A stretch of 56,389 bases of DNA from Rhodospirillales bacterium (GCA_038250645.1 JBBSCD010000001.1:1-56389); one strand, 5' to 3'; positions 30,073 through 42,087 are shown, counted from the stretch's first letter. Numbers and translations are program-made. The notes: generated by a model not told the origin, from the letters alone.

Positions 30073-30153
30073 GCTAGATTACCATTGCAGATACACTCCG
30101 CGGCGACAGGCGGACGTTCGACTTGGTGATTGCTACCTCTCTTGGCCTTGATC

Positions 30154-31056
30154 TCAGCCTTCATCGTCTTCGTGGCGTTCGAGGCGGTAGGGGTGCTGCG
30201 GATAGACGCCGAGGATGCGGACCTCGCGGGAGAAGAAGTCGAGCTCTTCGAGGGCGAGGCTGACGTTGTGGTGCTCGGGGTGGCCTTCGACCTCTGAATA
30301 GAACTGGGCGGCGTTGAAGCGGCCGCCGACGAGATAGCTCTCCAGCTTGGTCATGTTGACGCCGTTGGTGGCGAAGCCGCCCAGCGCCTTGTACAGCGCC
30401 GCCGGGACGTTGCGGATGCGGAAGACGAAACTGGTCATGGTCGGTCCCGACTTTGGATGGGGCACCACCGGTTCGCGGGCCATGATCAGAAAGCGGGTGG
30501 TGTTGTGCTCGGCGTCCTCAATGTTGGCGCGCAGGCTGACCAGGCCGTAGATGTCGCCGGCGAGCTCCGAGGCGATGACCGCCTGGGTTCGGTCGCCGCT
30601 GGCGGCGATGTCGGCGGCGGCGCCGGCGGTATCGACCCGGACCACGGCTTCAAGGCCGAGTTCGCCGATCAGCCGGCGGCACTGGTTCAGCGCGTGGATG
30701 TGGCTGTGGATGTGGGTGAGATTGGCGATGCGCGCGCCGGCTGCGGCGAGCAGGTGGTGGTTGATCCGCTGGTAGTGCTCGCCGATGATGTGCAGGCCGG
30801 AGTTCGGCAGAAGATGGTGGATGTCGGCGACCCGGCCGGCGACCGAGTTCTCGATCGGGATCATGGCCAGCCCGGCGCGGCCGTCGCGCACGGCGGCGAA
30901 GGCGTCCTCGAACGAGCGGCAGGGCAGGGTTTTCAGCTCCGGGCGCGACGTGCGGCAGGCGAGATCGGAATAGGCGCCGGGCGCGCCCTGGAAGGCGATG
31001 ATCCGGCCGGCGGCGGTGCCGCTGTCCGTCGTGGCCGCAGTGGTCTCGCCGCTCAT
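30154..31056 (-). CDS. pheA: prephenate dehydratase
   Basis: [14 protein letters not shown], the TRF motif (NTTRFLI) and a C-terminal ACT domain (ESYLVGG). Confidence 0.9.
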   Translation of the reverse strand: MSGETTAATTDSGTAAGRIIAFQGAPGAYSDLACRTSRPELKTLPCRSFEDAFAAVRDGRAGLAMIPIENSVAGRVADIHHLLPNSGLHIIGEHYQRINHHLLAAAGARIANLTHIHSHIHALNQCRRLIGELGLEAVVRVDTAGAAADIAASGDRTQAVIASELAGDIYGLVSLRANIEDAEHNTTRFLIMAREPVVPHPKSGPTMTSFVFRIRNVPAALYKALGGFATNGVNMTKLESYLVGGRFNAAQFYSEVEGHPEHHNVSLALEELDFFSREVRILGVYPQHPYRLERHEDDEG

Positions 31057-31808
31057 GACCGCCTCATCCCCGTCAGGATGGCCCGGGCGCGTTCGAGATC
31101 GGCCGGGGTGTCAACGCCGAACGGAACGGTATCGACCACCGCCGCGTCGATCCGCATCCCGTTTTCGAGGGCGCGAAGCTGTTCGAGGCGTTCGCGCTGC
31201 TCGATTGGCGCGGGCGGCAGGGCGACGAAGCGCGCGAGCGCCGAGCGCCGGTACGCGTAGATGCCGATGTGATGGAAGCAGGGGCCCTCGCCCCACGGAA
31301 CGGGGGCGCGGCTAAAATAGATGGCGCGACCCGTATCGGCGCCAGACGCGAGCGATAGGGCCACCTTGACCACGTTCGGGTCTTCGCGTTCGTGCGCCTC
31401 GCTGATCGGCGCGACCAGCGTTCCCATATCGACCGCGGGATCGGCGAACGGGCGGAGCGCGGCTCGGATCACCGCCGGGTCGATGGTCGGCAGATCGCCC
31501 TGAAGATTGATCACCGCGTCACAGTCCGCGTCGGGATCGACCTGCGCCAGCGCTTCGAAGATCCGGTCGGAGCCGGACGGGTGATCGGGCCGGGTCATGA
31601 CCGCCCGTCCCCCGGCGGCGGTAACGGCGGCGGCGATCTCGGCCTCGGCGCAGGCGACCACCACCGGGCCGATGTCGGCCTCGGTCGCCCGACGCCAGAC
31701 GTGGACAATCATCGCATCTCCGGCGATGTCCGCCAGCGGCTTGCCCGGCAGCCGGGTCGAGGCCATCCGCGCCGGGATCAGGACGATGGGTTTGGTCGTG
31801 CCGGTCAT
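31053..31808 (-). CDS. kdsB: 3-deoxy-manno-octulosonate cytidylyltransferase
   Basis: [27 protein letters not shown] and the [10 protein letters not shown] motif. Its stop overlaps the pheA start (ATGA). The start is the ATG at 31808; the upstream ORF extension is unlikely to be coding. Confidence 0.9.
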   Translation of the reverse strand: MTGTTKPIVLIPARMASTRLPGKPLADIAGDAMIVHVWRRATEADIGPVVVACAEAEIAAAVTAAGGRAVMTRPDHPSGSDRIFEALAQVDPDADCDAVINLQGDLPTIDPAVIRAALRPFADPAVDMGTLVAPISEAHEREDPNVVKVALSLASGADTGRAIYFSRAPVPWGEGPCFHHIGIYAYRRSALARFVALPPAPIEQRERLEQLRALENGMRIDAAVVDTVPFGVDTPADLERARAILTGMRRS

Positions 31809-31951
31809 GGTTGCGGCAAATAGCATAAGCTGTGTGCGTTGCAACAGATTTGACCAGCCGGGAATTGCAACGGCCGCCGCCTTGGCGCTACATTCGCGCC
31901 GGGCCGCTCGGTTGGGGATAGGTGGTCGTCGGACACGGGACATAAAACAAG

Positions 31952-33028
31952 ATGCACTTCTCCTTGCTGGAAAAATTCGGCGCTGCCGCTCTCATCTGCG
32001 CTTGGCTGCTGTTCGGTGTGAACTTTCTCGGCAATACGCTCGTCCACGTCGAAGAACACGTCTCGCAATTGCCGGGCGCCGAGGCGCCCGCGGGCGGCGC
32101 GGCCAAGGGGACCGGCGAGCCCGCGAAACCGGAAGTCGATTTCGCGACGCTGCTTGCCTCGGCCGATGCCGGCGCCGGCGAGAAGATTTTCGGCAAATGC
32201 AAGGCTTGTCATGCCATCGACCCCGCGGGCGGCAACAAGGTCGGGCCCAACCTGCACAACGTCGTCGGCCGTCCGGTCGGCAGCCACGAGGGGTTTGCCT
32301 ACTCCGAGGTTCTGAAGGGCAAGGGCGGGGAGTGGACCTACGACCACCTCAACCATTTTCTGGAGAACCCCAAAGCGTACGCGCCGGGAACGAAGATGAG
32401 CTTCGCCGGCCTGAGCAAGGCCGAGGACCGCGCCGAGGTGATCTCGTACCTGCGCGCAAACACCGAGTCGCCGCCGCCGCTGCCCGAGCCGACGGCGAAA
32501 GCCGAAGAGCCGGCGCCGGCAGCGGCCGAGGGAACGGCGGCGCCAGCGGAAGAGAAAGGCGCCGGTGAGCCCGCGCCCGGCAAGCAGGCTGCCAGCGAAG
32601 GCCCGGCCGGCGCCCCTGCAGCCGCCGCGGCGGCGGGTGGCGCGGGTGCTGCTGCTGGCGCTGCTGGCGCTGCGGGGGCTGACAAGATGATCGCCGCGGC
32701 CGATCCCGCCGAAGGCGAGAAGGTGTTCCGCAAGTGCCAGGCCTGCCACAACGCCGAGAAGGACGGGCCCAACAAGGTCGGTCCGCATCTCTACAATGTC
32801 GTCGGCCGGCAGAAGGCCTCGGTCGCCGACTTCAACTATTCGTCGGCGCTCAAGGGGTTGTCCGGCGAGTGGACCGACGATGATCTTTTCAAGTATCTTG
32901 AGAACCCCAAAGCGTACGCACCGGGGACCAAGATGACCTTCGCCGGGCTGAGCAAGCCGGAGGATCGCGCTGCGGTGATCGCGTACCTACGCACCCATAG
33001 CGATAATCCGCCGCCGCTGCAGCAATGA
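31952..33028 (+). CDS. membrane-anchored dihaem cytochrome c
   Basis: An N-terminal hydrophobic anchor and two class I cytochrome c domains (CKACHAI and CQACHNA, each followed by PGTKM.FAGL). An Ala/Pro/Gly/Glu-rich linker separates the domains. Confidence 0.85.
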   Translation: MHFSLLEKFGAAALICAWLLFGVNFLGNTLVHVEEHVSQLPGAEAPAGGAAKGTGEPAKPEVDFATLLASADAGAGEKIFGKCKACHAIDPAGGNKVGPNLHNVVGRPVGSHEGFAYSEVLKGKGGEWTYDHLNHFLENPKAYAPGTKMSFAGLSKAEDRAEVISYLRANTESPPPLPEPTAKAEEPAPAAAEGTAAPAEEKGAGEPAPGKQAASEGPAGAPAAAAAAGGAGAAAGAAGAAGADKMIAAADPAEGEKVFRKCQACHNAEKDGPNKVGPHLYNVVGRQKASVADFNYSSALKGLSGEWTDDDLFKYLENPKAYAPGTKMTFAGLSKPEDRAAVIAYLRTHSDNPPPLQQ

Positions 33029-33807
33029 GCGTGGACGAAGCCTTCGCGATAGCCGCCGTGGCCGCCGAACGCATGGCCGACGCGGTGCGGCCGATCGTGC
33101 TGAGCTACTTTCGCGGCACGATACCCACCGAGGTCAAGGCCGACCGGACGCCGGTGACCGCCGCCGATCGCGAGGCCGAAGCGCGCATGCGCGAGATGAT
33201 CGAGGAGTCCTTTCCGACCCACGGCATTCTCGGCGAGGAGCACGGCGCGGTCCGCCTTGACGCCGAGTGCGTCTGGGTTCTCGACCCGATCGACGGCACA
33301 AAGTCGTTCATCACCGGCAAGCCGCTGTTCGGCACCCTGATCGCGTTGGTCCACCGCGGCCGGCCCGTGGTCGGCGTGATCGACATGCCGGCATTGGCCG
33401 AACGCTGGGTCGGGATCGAGGGCGGACCCACCACCGTCAACGGTCGCGTGACGACGGTCCGGTCCTGCCCGACGCTGGACGGCGGCTGGCTTTACGCAAC
33501 CAGCCCGGAGATGTTCATCGGCGCCGACGCCGCCGCGTTCGAACGGCTGCGGCTGAAGTGCCGCGGCGCGATCTACGGCGCCGACTGCTACGCCTACGGC
33601 CTGCTCGCCAACGGCACCGTCGATCTGGTGTGCGAAGCCTCGACCCAGCCGTACGACTACTGCGCCCTGGTGCCGGTGGTTCAGGGTGCCGGCGGCACCA
33701 TCAGCGACTGGCGCGGCGGACCGCTCGGGCTCGAGTCCGACGGCCGGGTGCTCGCATGCGGAGATGCTGCCGCCCATGCCGCTGCCCTTGCCGCGCTGGC
33801 CGTTTGA
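33025..33807 (+). CDS. hisN: inositol-monophosphatase-family histidinol-phosphatase
   Basis: ILGEEHG, WVLDPIDGTKSFI and the CEASTQPYD block fit the IMPase fold and the HisN subfamily as I recall it. The ATG overlaps the cytochrome c stop. Confidence 0.75.
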   Translation: MSVDEAFAIAAVAAERMADAVRPIVLSYFRGTIPTEVKADRTPVTAADREAEARMREMIEESFPTHGILGEEHGAVRLDAECVWVLDPIDGTKSFITGKPLFGTLIALVHRGRPVVGVIDMPALAERWVGIEGGPTTVNGRVTTVRSCPTLDGGWLYATSPEMFIGADAAAFERLRLKCRGAIYGADCYAYGLLANGTVDLVCEASTQPYDYCALVPVVQGAGGTISDWRGGPLGLESDGRVLACGDAAAHAAALAALAV

Positions 33808-35924
33808 CCGCATCCTTGGCCGCTGAAACCTGCGCCCGCCCGTACGCTCCGGGCGCCGGACGGGGCGCTGGAAGAGGAGCGGCGGCGAGGGCTCTGCGGG
33901 CTTTGCTGCTCGGCCTGGCGCTTATCCTCGGCGTCATCGTCGCTGCGAGAGCGGCTGAGCCGGCGGCCGGCGACGTTCCCGGCGGTGGGAACGCAGCGGC
34001 GCAGACGATCCATCGCGCCCACGCCATCGCCATGTTCGGCGAGCCCAAGTACCCGCCGGGCTTCGGCCACTTCGATTACGTCAATCCCGACGCGCCGCGG
34101 GGCGGAACCTTGCGCCTCGGCGTCACCGGCACCTTCGACAGCTTCAACCCCTACGTTATCAAGGGCAACCCGGCGGCCGCCGGCGAGGCCGAAACGCTGA
34201 CCGTCGCCAGCGCCGACGAACCGTTCACCCAGTACGGGCTGATCGCCGACGAGATCGTCTGGCCCGAGGATCGCTCGTGGGTGGAATTCGCGTTGCGCCC
34301 CGAAGCCCGCTGGCATGACGGTCGGCCGATCACGCCCGAGGACGTTGTCTTCTCCCTCGACCTCCTCAAGTCCAAGGGCGCGCCCTCCTACCGGTTCTAT
34401 TACGCCGCCGTGACAAAGGCGGAGAAGGTGGGCGAGCGGCGGGTGCGATTCACCTTCAACCAGGCCGGCAACCGCGAGCTGCCGCTGATCATGGGGCAGA
34501 TGCCGATCCTGCCGAAACACTACTGGGAGACGCGCGACTTCGAGCATTCGACTCTTGAGCCGCCGCTTTCCAGCGGACCCTACCGGATTGCAGCGTTTGA
34601 GCCGGGCCGCTATGTCGTCACCGAGCTCGTCCCCGATTACTGGGGCCGGAACCTCCCGGTCAATGTCGGCCAGAACAACTTCGAGCGGATCCGCTACGAG
34701 TATTTCCGCGACGACACGGTCCAGCGCCAGGCGCTGAAGGGCGGGGCGATCGACCTGCGGCAGGAGAACCAGGCCAAGGCCTGGGCCCTCGACTACGACG
34801 TGCCGGCGGTGCGCGACGGCTGGCTCAAGAAGGAGGCGATCCCCAACGAGCGGCCCACGGGAATGCAGGCGTTCGTGTTCAACACCCGCCGCGCCGTCTT
34901 CGCCGATCCGAAGGTGCGCGAGGCGCTCGGCTACGCCTTTGACTTCGAGTGGACCAACCGGGTGCTGTTCTTCGGCCAGTATACTCGGACGGAGAGCTAT
35001 TTCGCCAACTCCGAGCTGGCGTCCGACGGCCTGCCGACGGGTGAGGAGCGCGACCTGCTCGAGCAGTACCGGGGGCGCGTTCCCGACAGGGTCTTCGGCG
35101 CCGAGTACCACGCGCCCGTGACCGACGGCAGTGGCTGGCCTCGGGCGAATCTGGAAACCGCGCTGGCGCTGCTGGGAGAGGCCGGCTGGCACGTGCGCGA
35201 CATGGTCCTGGTCAACGACGCCACGGGCGAGCCGATGCACTTCGAGATCCTGCTCGTCAGCCAGGCCTTCGAGCGGGTCATCCTGCCGTTCGCGCGCAAT
35301 CTTCAGCGCCTGGGCATCGATGTCAGCGTCCGTCTGGTCGACGAGTCCCAGTACATCAACCGGTTGCGCGGTTTCGACTTCGACATGGCGGTGGTGGTCT
35401 GGCCCCAGTCCGAGAGCCCTGGAAACGAACAGAAATCCTACTGGGGTTCCGAAGCCGCCGATACGCCGGGCTCAAGCAACTACGCCGGTATAAAGGATCC
35501 GGTGGTCGACGCGCTGATCGACGCGGTGATTTCCTCGCCCGATCGTGAAAGCCTCGTCGCCCGCACCCAGGCGCTCGATCGCGTGCTGCTGTGGGGTTTC
35601 TACGTCATTCCGAACTGGTATTCCGGCGTCGACCGCTATGTTTTCTGGAACAAATTCTCCCGGCCCGCCGAGACGCCCAGGCGCGGCACCTCGCTCGGGC
35701 TGTGGTGGCTGGACGCGGACAAGGCGGCGCGGCTCGAGACGCGTCTGGCCACCGCCGATGCCGGCGAGATCCTCCAGAAGCAATCCGCCGACGCTGGCGC
35801 AGGCGGGGAACAGGGCAACGGCCCGGGCGCGCTAACCATCGCCGCCGTCGTCGGCGGCCTCGTGGCCATCGGCTATATCGTCCTGCGCCGGGCGATGCAG
35901 AGCCGTGCGGAGCAACGTCGATGA
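33804..35924 (+). CDS. yejA: family-5 periplasmic peptide-binding protein of the YejABEF importer, with an extra C-terminal membrane helix
   Basis: The mature region [27 protein letters not shown]... is colinear with YejA-type binding proteins. There is no ATG after the hisN stop, so the start is TTG 33804 or 33816 (uncertain). It lies upstream of yejB/E/F. Confidence 0.8.
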   Translation: MTASLAAETCARPYAPGAGRGAGRGAAARALRALLLGLALILGVIVAARAAEPAAGDVPGGGNAAAQTIHRAHAIAMFGEPKYPPGFGHFDYVNPDAPRGGTLRLGVTGTFDSFNPYVIKGNPAAAGEAETLTVASADEPFTQYGLIADEIVWPEDRSWVEFALRPEARWHDGRPITPEDVVFSLDLLKSKGAPSYRFYYAAVTKAEKVGERRVRFTFNQAGNRELPLIMGQMPILPKHYWETRDFEHSTLEPPLSSGPYRIAAFEPGRYVVTELVPDYWGRNLPVNVGQNNFERIRYEYFRDDTVQRQALKGGAIDLRQENQAKAWALDYDVPAVRDGWLKKEAIPNERPTGMQAFVFNTRRAVFADPKVREALGYAFDFEWTNRVLFFGQYTRTESYFANSELASDGLPTGEERDLLEQYRGRVPDRVFGAEYHAPVTDGSGWPRANLETALALLGEAGWHVRDMVLVNDATGEPMHFEILLVSQAFERVILPFARNLQRLGIDVSVRLVDESQYINRLRGFDFDMAVVVWPQSESPGNEQKSYWGSEAADTPGSSNYAGIKDPVVDALIDAVISSPDRESLVARTQALDRVLLWGFYVIPNWYSGVDRYVFWNKFSRPAETPRRGTSLGLWWLDADKAARLETRLATADAGEILQKQSADAGAGGEQGNGPGALTIAAVVGGLVAIGYIVLRRAMQSRAEQRR

Positions 35925-37030
35925 CGGCCTACATCATTCGCCGGCTGCTATTGATCGTGCCGACCCTGCTCGCGATCATGGTCATCAATTTCGTGATCAT
36001 CCAGACCGCGCCGGGCGGTCCGGTCGAGCAGATCATTGCCCAGGTCACCGGCCAGGGCGCGGACATCACCCAGCGGGTGACCCGGACGGGGACCGGCGAC
36101 ACCCTCGGCGGCGGCGCCGGGCCGAGAACGGGCGCCGCGCCGAACAGCCAGTATCGCGGCGCCCAGGGGCTCGATCCCGAGTTCATCGCCCAGCTCGAGA
36201 AGCAGTTCGGCTTCGACAAACCGCTGCACGAACGCTTCCTGCGGATGATGGGCAGCTACCTGGTCTTCGACTTCGGCGAGAGCTACTTCCGCAACCGCAG
36301 CGTCGTCGATCTCGTTCTCGACAAGATGCCGGTCTCCATCTCGCTCGGGCTGTGGACCACGCTGCTGACCTATCTCATCTCCATCCCGCTGGGTATTCTG
36401 AAGGCGGTCCGCGACGGCTCGCGGTTCGACGTCTGGAGCAGCGTCGCCGTCGTCGTCGGCAACGCCGTGCCGGCGTTCCTGTTCGCGGTCTTCCTGCTCG
36501 TGCTATTCGCCGGAGGCAGCTACCTCGACTGGTTCCCGCTGCGCGGCCTGACCTCCGACAACTGGTCGCAACTGAGCTGGCCGGCGCGGATCGTCGACTA
36601 TTTCTGGCACATCGCCCTGCCGGTCACGGCGATGGTCATCGGCGGCTTCGCTACCCTGACGATGCTGACCAAGAATTCCTTCCTCGACCAGATCCATCAG
36701 CAGTATGTGATGACGGCGCGTTCGAAGGGCCTGAGCGAACGCCGGGTGCTCTATGGCCACGTCTTCCGCAACGCCATGCTGATCGTCATCGCCGGCTTCC
36801 CCAGCGCCTTCGTCAGCATCCTGTTCACCGGCACGGTCTTCATCGAAATCATCTTCTCGCTCGACGGTCTCGGCCTGCTCGGTTTCGAGGCGGCGTTCAA
36901 CCGCGACTACCCGCTGATGTTCGGCACGCTCTATTTCTTCTCGTTGGTCGGGCTGGTGCTCAATCTCGTCGGCGACATCATGTACACCATCGTCGATCCG
37001 CGGATCGACTTCGAGGCCCGCCAGCAATGA
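35921..37030 (+). CDS. yejB: microcin C/peptide ABC transporter permease
   Basis: [37 protein letters not shown] closely parallels E. coli YejB. The ATG overlaps the yejA stop. Confidence 0.92.
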   Translation: MTAYIIRRLLLIVPTLLAIMVINFVIIQTAPGGPVEQIIAQVTGQGADITQRVTRTGTGDTLGGGAGPRTGAAPNSQYRGAQGLDPEFIAQLEKQFGFDKPLHERFLRMMGSYLVFDFGESYFRNRSVVDLVLDKMPVSISLGLWTTLLTYLISIPLGILKAVRDGSRFDVWSSVAVVVGNAVPAFLFAVFLLVLFAGGSYLDWFPLRGLTSDNWSQLSWPARIVDYFWHIALPVTAMVIGGFATLTMLTKNSFLDQIHQQYVMTARSKGLSERRVLYGHVFRNAMLIVIAGFPSAFVSILFTGTVFIEIIFSLDGLGLLGFEAAFNRDYPLMFGTLYFFSLVGLVLNLVGDIMYTIVDPRIDFEARQQ

Positions 37031-38175
37031 CCTCGTCATCGCGCGGCACCGATAGCGCGGCGGCCGACCGCTGCCTCGGCCTCAGGATCACGCCGCTGAC
37101 CCGGCGGCGGATCGAGAACTTCAAGGTCAACCGCCGCGGCTTCTGGTCGCTGTGGATCTTCCTTCTGCTGTTCATCGTCAGCCTGTTCGCCGAGTTCATC
37201 GCCAACGACCGGCCGGTCCTGGTCTTTCACGATGGCCGGCTGTTCATGCCGATCTTCCGCGCCCAGCCGGAGACCGCGTTCGGCGGAACCCTGCCGACCG
37301 CGGCCGACTTCGGCGATCCGGAGGTGCGCCGGCTGATTGCGGCGAAGGGCTGGATGATCATGCCCCCCATCCATTACAGCTACCGCACGGTCGCCTGGGA
37401 CCTGCCCGAACCGGCGCCGTCGCCGCCCGACGCGCAGCACTGGCTGGGGACTGACGATCAGGCCCGCGACGTCCTCGCCCGGACCATCTACGGCTTTCGC
37501 ATCTCGGTCCTGTTCGGCTTCACCCTGACGGTGGTTTCGACGCTCGTCGGCGTCGCCGCCGGCGCCGTCCAGGGCTACTTCGGCGGCTGGGTCGACCTGA
37601 TCCTGCAGCGGTTCATGGAGGTGTGGTCGTCGGTTCCGATCCTCTACGTTCTGATCATCCTGGCCAGCATCATCGAGCCGAACTTCTGGTGGCTGCTCGG
37701 CATTCTGCTGCTGTTCCAGTGGATGAGCATCGTCGGCGTCGTCCGCGCCGAGTTTTTGCGCGCGCGCAACCTCGACTACGTTCGCGCCGCCCGTGCCCTG
37801 GGCGCGTCCGACCCGGTGATCATGGTCCGCCACGTCCTGCCCAACGCCATGGTCGCGACCGTCACCTTCGTTCCGTTCATCCTTGCCGGCTCGGTGACGG
37901 CGCTCACCGGGCTCGACTTTCTCGGCATCGGCCTGCCGCCGGGCTCCGCGTCGCTGGGCGAACTCCTCGCCCAGGGCAAGGCCAACCTCCAGGCGCCCTG
38001 GCTCGGGCTGACCGGGTTCTTCGTCATCGCGCTGATGCTGTCGCTCCTGATCTTCGTCGGCGAGGCGGTGCGCGACGCCTTCGATCCGCGCAAGGCCATC
38101 GCCGCGCTGCCGGCCGTGCCGGGCCCGGTGTCCGCCGGGCTGACGGCGCCGTCTGCCGCCAAGGCCGGCGAGTAG
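37027..38175 (+). CDS. yejE: microcin C/peptide ABC transporter permease
   Basis: [18 protein letters not shown]...[15 protein letters not shown]...[31 protein letters not shown] is colinear with E. coli YejE. The ATG overlaps the yejB stop. Confidence 0.92.
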   Translation: MTSSSRGTDSAAADRCLGLRITPLTRRRIENFKVNRRGFWSLWIFLLLFIVSLFAEFIANDRPVLVFHDGRLFMPIFRAQPETAFGGTLPTAADFGDPEVRRLIAAKGWMIMPPIHYSYRTVAWDLPEPAPSPPDAQHWLGTDDQARDVLARTIYGFRISVLFGFTLTVVSTLVGVAAGAVQGYFGGWVDLILQRFMEVWSSVPILYVLIILASIIEPNFWWLLGILLLFQWMSIVGVVRAEFLRARNLDYVRAARALGASDPVIMVRHVLPNAMVATVTFVPFILAGSVTALTGLDFLGIGLPPGSASLGELLAQGKANLQAPWLGLTGFFVIALMLSLLIFVGEAVRDAFDPRKAIAALPAVPGPVSAGLTAPSAAKAGE

Positions 38176-38185
38176 GGCGGCGGCC

Positions 38186-39823
<1,638 letters not shown>

Positions 39824-39998
39824 CCGCGCAAAGTCACTGCGCGGGCGGGGTGAGCGGGGAACCGACCAAGGCGGGGTTGACCGCGCGCCTGTTATGAGTC
39901 AGACGCTGCTTTGCACAAAAGAAACGAGCCGTACAAGGTCCGACGCGGGAACCGAGGGGCGGCGATCAGGGTGAAACCGACCTCGAAGCGGGTGCATC

Positions 39999-40826
39999 AT
40001 GCAGACGGTAACACGACTGAAACAGAAACTCCCCGGCAATGCCCTCACCCCGTTTCACTACCTGCGTTACCTGCGTAGCGATCGCGCGCTATTGAATCGT
40101 GCCGCACCCTGGCCGAAGCCGCTCGGCTACGACAGGATCTACTACTACCACATCCGCAAGACCGCTGGTACCAGTCTGGCATTTGCCTTCATGAACCTGG
40201 GCGGAAGCGATTTCAACGATCACCAAAAACAGCTCTGGTATGACAAGAACGGATGGATTGTCCACGGCGACTACGTGTTCGTGACGCACAATCGCTACCT
40301 TATTCAGCGCGGCCATTACTTCTTCGCGGATGCCCATATACCAGCGCATGAGCTGCGGATACCTCGAAACACCCTGAGAATTGCAATCCTGCGCGATCCC
40401 GTTGCGCGGGTAATTTCCCATTACAGGATGGTGCGGCACTGGCGCGAGCACGATCTGCGGCATCCGGGCAAGGCCCGCGCGGAGAACGATCCCGGCAAGA
40501 ACTTTTCGGATTTCCTCGACAAGGTTCCGCGCACGCATTTGCTGCGCCAGCTCTACATGTTTTCGAAGACGTTCAACGTTGAAGAGGCGGTCGCGGCGGT
40601 GTCGAAGCTGAACTACATCATGTACACCGAGAACTATGGCGAACACCTCGAACGCCTGGGTTCGCTGTTGCAGCTGAACCTGCGCTCATTTTCCGAGAAG
40701 ACCGGGTATGGCGCCGTATCGGTATCCGAGGATGAGCGGGCGCGGCTGCGCGAGATGCTGGCGCCGGAGTACGCGCTGATCGAGGCCGCCGCTCCGCTCG
40801 CCGGCGTTTATCGCGAGGTGCGTTAA
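39999..40826 (+). CDS. sulfotransferase family 2-like protein, paralogue 1
   Basis: YYHIRKTAGTSL resembles the 5'-PSB loop (h-h-H-I-P-K-T-G-G-T-S). ILRDPVARVISHYRM resembles the 3'-PB motif RDPxxRxxSxY. The DNA is lower in GC than its flanks. Confidence 0.6.
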   Translation: MQTVTRLKQKLPGNALTPFHYLRYLRSDRALLNRAAPWPKPLGYDRIYYYHIRKTAGTSLAFAFMNLGGSDFNDHQKQLWYDKNGWIVHGDYVFVTHNRYLIQRGHYFFADAHIPAHELRIPRNTLRIAILRDPVARVISHYRMVRHWREHDLRHPGKARAENDPGKNFSDFLDKVPRTHLLRQLYMFSKTFNVEEAVAAVSKLNYIMYTENYGEHLERLGSLLQLNLRSFSEKTGYGAVSVSEDERARLREMLAPEYALIEAAAPLAGVYREVR

Positions 40827-40927
40827 CGGCGTCCGGATCGTCCTGCGGCGCACTCGGCCATGCCCCCGCTGGGCGAGGCGTTCACGCATGACGGCAGGAC
40901 ACGCAGCCACAATCCCTGGAGGAGGAC

Positions 40928-41761
40928 TTGTTCTTGAGACTGCCAGAAAGCCTTGCGGACAACGTTCCCTCGGACGTGAAGACGTTCCTTCACTATCTTC
41001 GTTACCTTCGCAGCGACGGATCCACCCTGAGGGCGGCCAAGCGCTGGCACAGCCCGTTGGGTTACGAGCGGATTTACCTGTACCACATCCGCAAGACCGC
41101 GGGGAGCAGCCTGCGCTGGACGTTCATGGATCTGGGCGGCCACGATTTGCGGGGCGGCGAAAAAGAACGTCATCTGAACACGCACGGCTGGGTCGTGCAC
41201 GGCGGCTATGCCTACGTCACGCACAACCGCTATCTTATCGAACGTGTTCCGTATTTCTTCGGCGACTCGCACTTTCCTTTTCACGACATCAGGGTTCCGG
41301 AGAAGACCTTTACCATAACGATCCTCCGCGATCCGGTGGCGCGGGTGATCTCTCATTATCGAATGCTTCTGCATTGGCAGAAGGCCGACATCGACCACCC
41401 GGCGAAAAAGATCGAAGCGTCTTTTCTCGGAAATTCATTCTCGGATTTCCTCGAGAAGCTGCCGCGCACGCACCTGATGCGCCAGCTGTACATGTTTTCG
41501 CCGCGCTTCGACGTCGACGAGGGGGTGCGCAACCTCTCGAAAGTCAACTTCATCATGTTGACCGAACGATATAACGAGCATCTTGGCGAGCTTGCGAAGG
41601 TGCTGGCTCTCGACCTCAAGCCGCTGGCGGAGAAGGCGGGGTATGGCTCCGTCCCGCTGTCCGACGACGACCGGGCGCGCCTGCGCGAGGCCCTTGCGCC
41701 GGAGTACGCGCTGCTAAAGGCGGCCGTTCCGCTTGCCGGCACTTACCGCCAGCAGCGCTGA
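40928..41761 (+). CDS. sulfotransferase family 2-like protein, paralogue 2
   Basis: More than half of its residues are identical to paralogue 1 by eye (LHYLRYLRSD, YHIRKTAGSSL, VTHNRYLIER, ILRDPVARVISHYRM, PRTHLMRQLYMFS, LAPEYAL). The TTG start is at 40928 or 40934, after GGAGGAGGA. Confidence 0.6.
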   Translation: MFLRLPESLADNVPSDVKTFLHYLRYLRSDGSTLRAAKRWHSPLGYERIYLYHIRKTAGSSLRWTFMDLGGHDLRGGEKERHLNTHGWVVHGGYAYVTHNRYLIERVPYFFGDSHFPFHDIRVPEKTFTITILRDPVARVISHYRMLLHWQKADIDHPAKKIEASFLGNSFSDFLEKLPRTHLMRQLYMFSPRFDVDEGVRNLSKVNFIMLTERYNEHLGELAKVLALDLKPLAEKAGYGSVPLSDDDRARLREALAPEYALLKAAVPLAGTYRQQR

Positions 41762-41835
41762 CGCCGGACGAAGGAAAGAAGGCAAATACGCACCGACAGG
41801 GGCGTTGAAGCCGCTCGACCCCGTTCAGTTTCTTT

Positions 41836-41936
41836 GTCATCGCGAGCCGCTCAGCGGCGTGGCGATCCAGGATAATGGCTCAAGGTCACTGGACTGCCGC
41901 GTCTCCTCCGCTTCGCTCCGGTTCCTCGCAGTGACG
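41836..41936. repeat. REP/MITE-like palindromic element (35-nt arm, 18-nt spacer, imperfect inverted arm)
   Basis: The arm gtcatcgcgagccgctcagcggcgtggcgatccag (41836-41870) faces the inverted partner ctggactgccgcgtc...cctcgcagtgac (41889-41936). The element lies between convergent genes. Confidence 0.7.
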
Positions 41937-41963
41937 ATTTGTCGCCCGGATCAATTGTTTACC

Positions 41964-41998
41964 GTCATCGCGAGCCGCGCAGCGGTGTGGCGATCCAG
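41964..41998. repeat. second direct copy of the 35-nt REP-like arm
   Basis: gtcatcgcgagccgcgcagcggtgtggcgatccag differs from the first copy, 128 nt upstream, at 2 of 35 positions. A truncated third 3' end (tgacgatccagg) lies at 42051-42062. Confidence 0.75.
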
Positions 41999-42087
41999 AG
42001 CAACAGCTCGTTCTATTCCCACGTCCGGGCTCCGCCCGCCCCCCTCTGAATGACGATCCAGGTGGGCAAATCTGAACCGGAAACGCT

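Noticed and set aside
32490-32690. GCN-rich repetitive DNA that might look like a repeat array
   Set aside because: It is in frame within the cytochrome c gene and encodes an Ala/Gly/Pro/Glu linker. It has no spacer/repeat periodicity, so it is not a CRISPR array. No CRISPR-like array was seen anywhere in the window.
33267-33803. Upstream extension of the yejA ORF
   Set aside because: It lies entirely inside hisN in another frame and is Arg-rich. The true start must be just after or overlapping the hisN stop.
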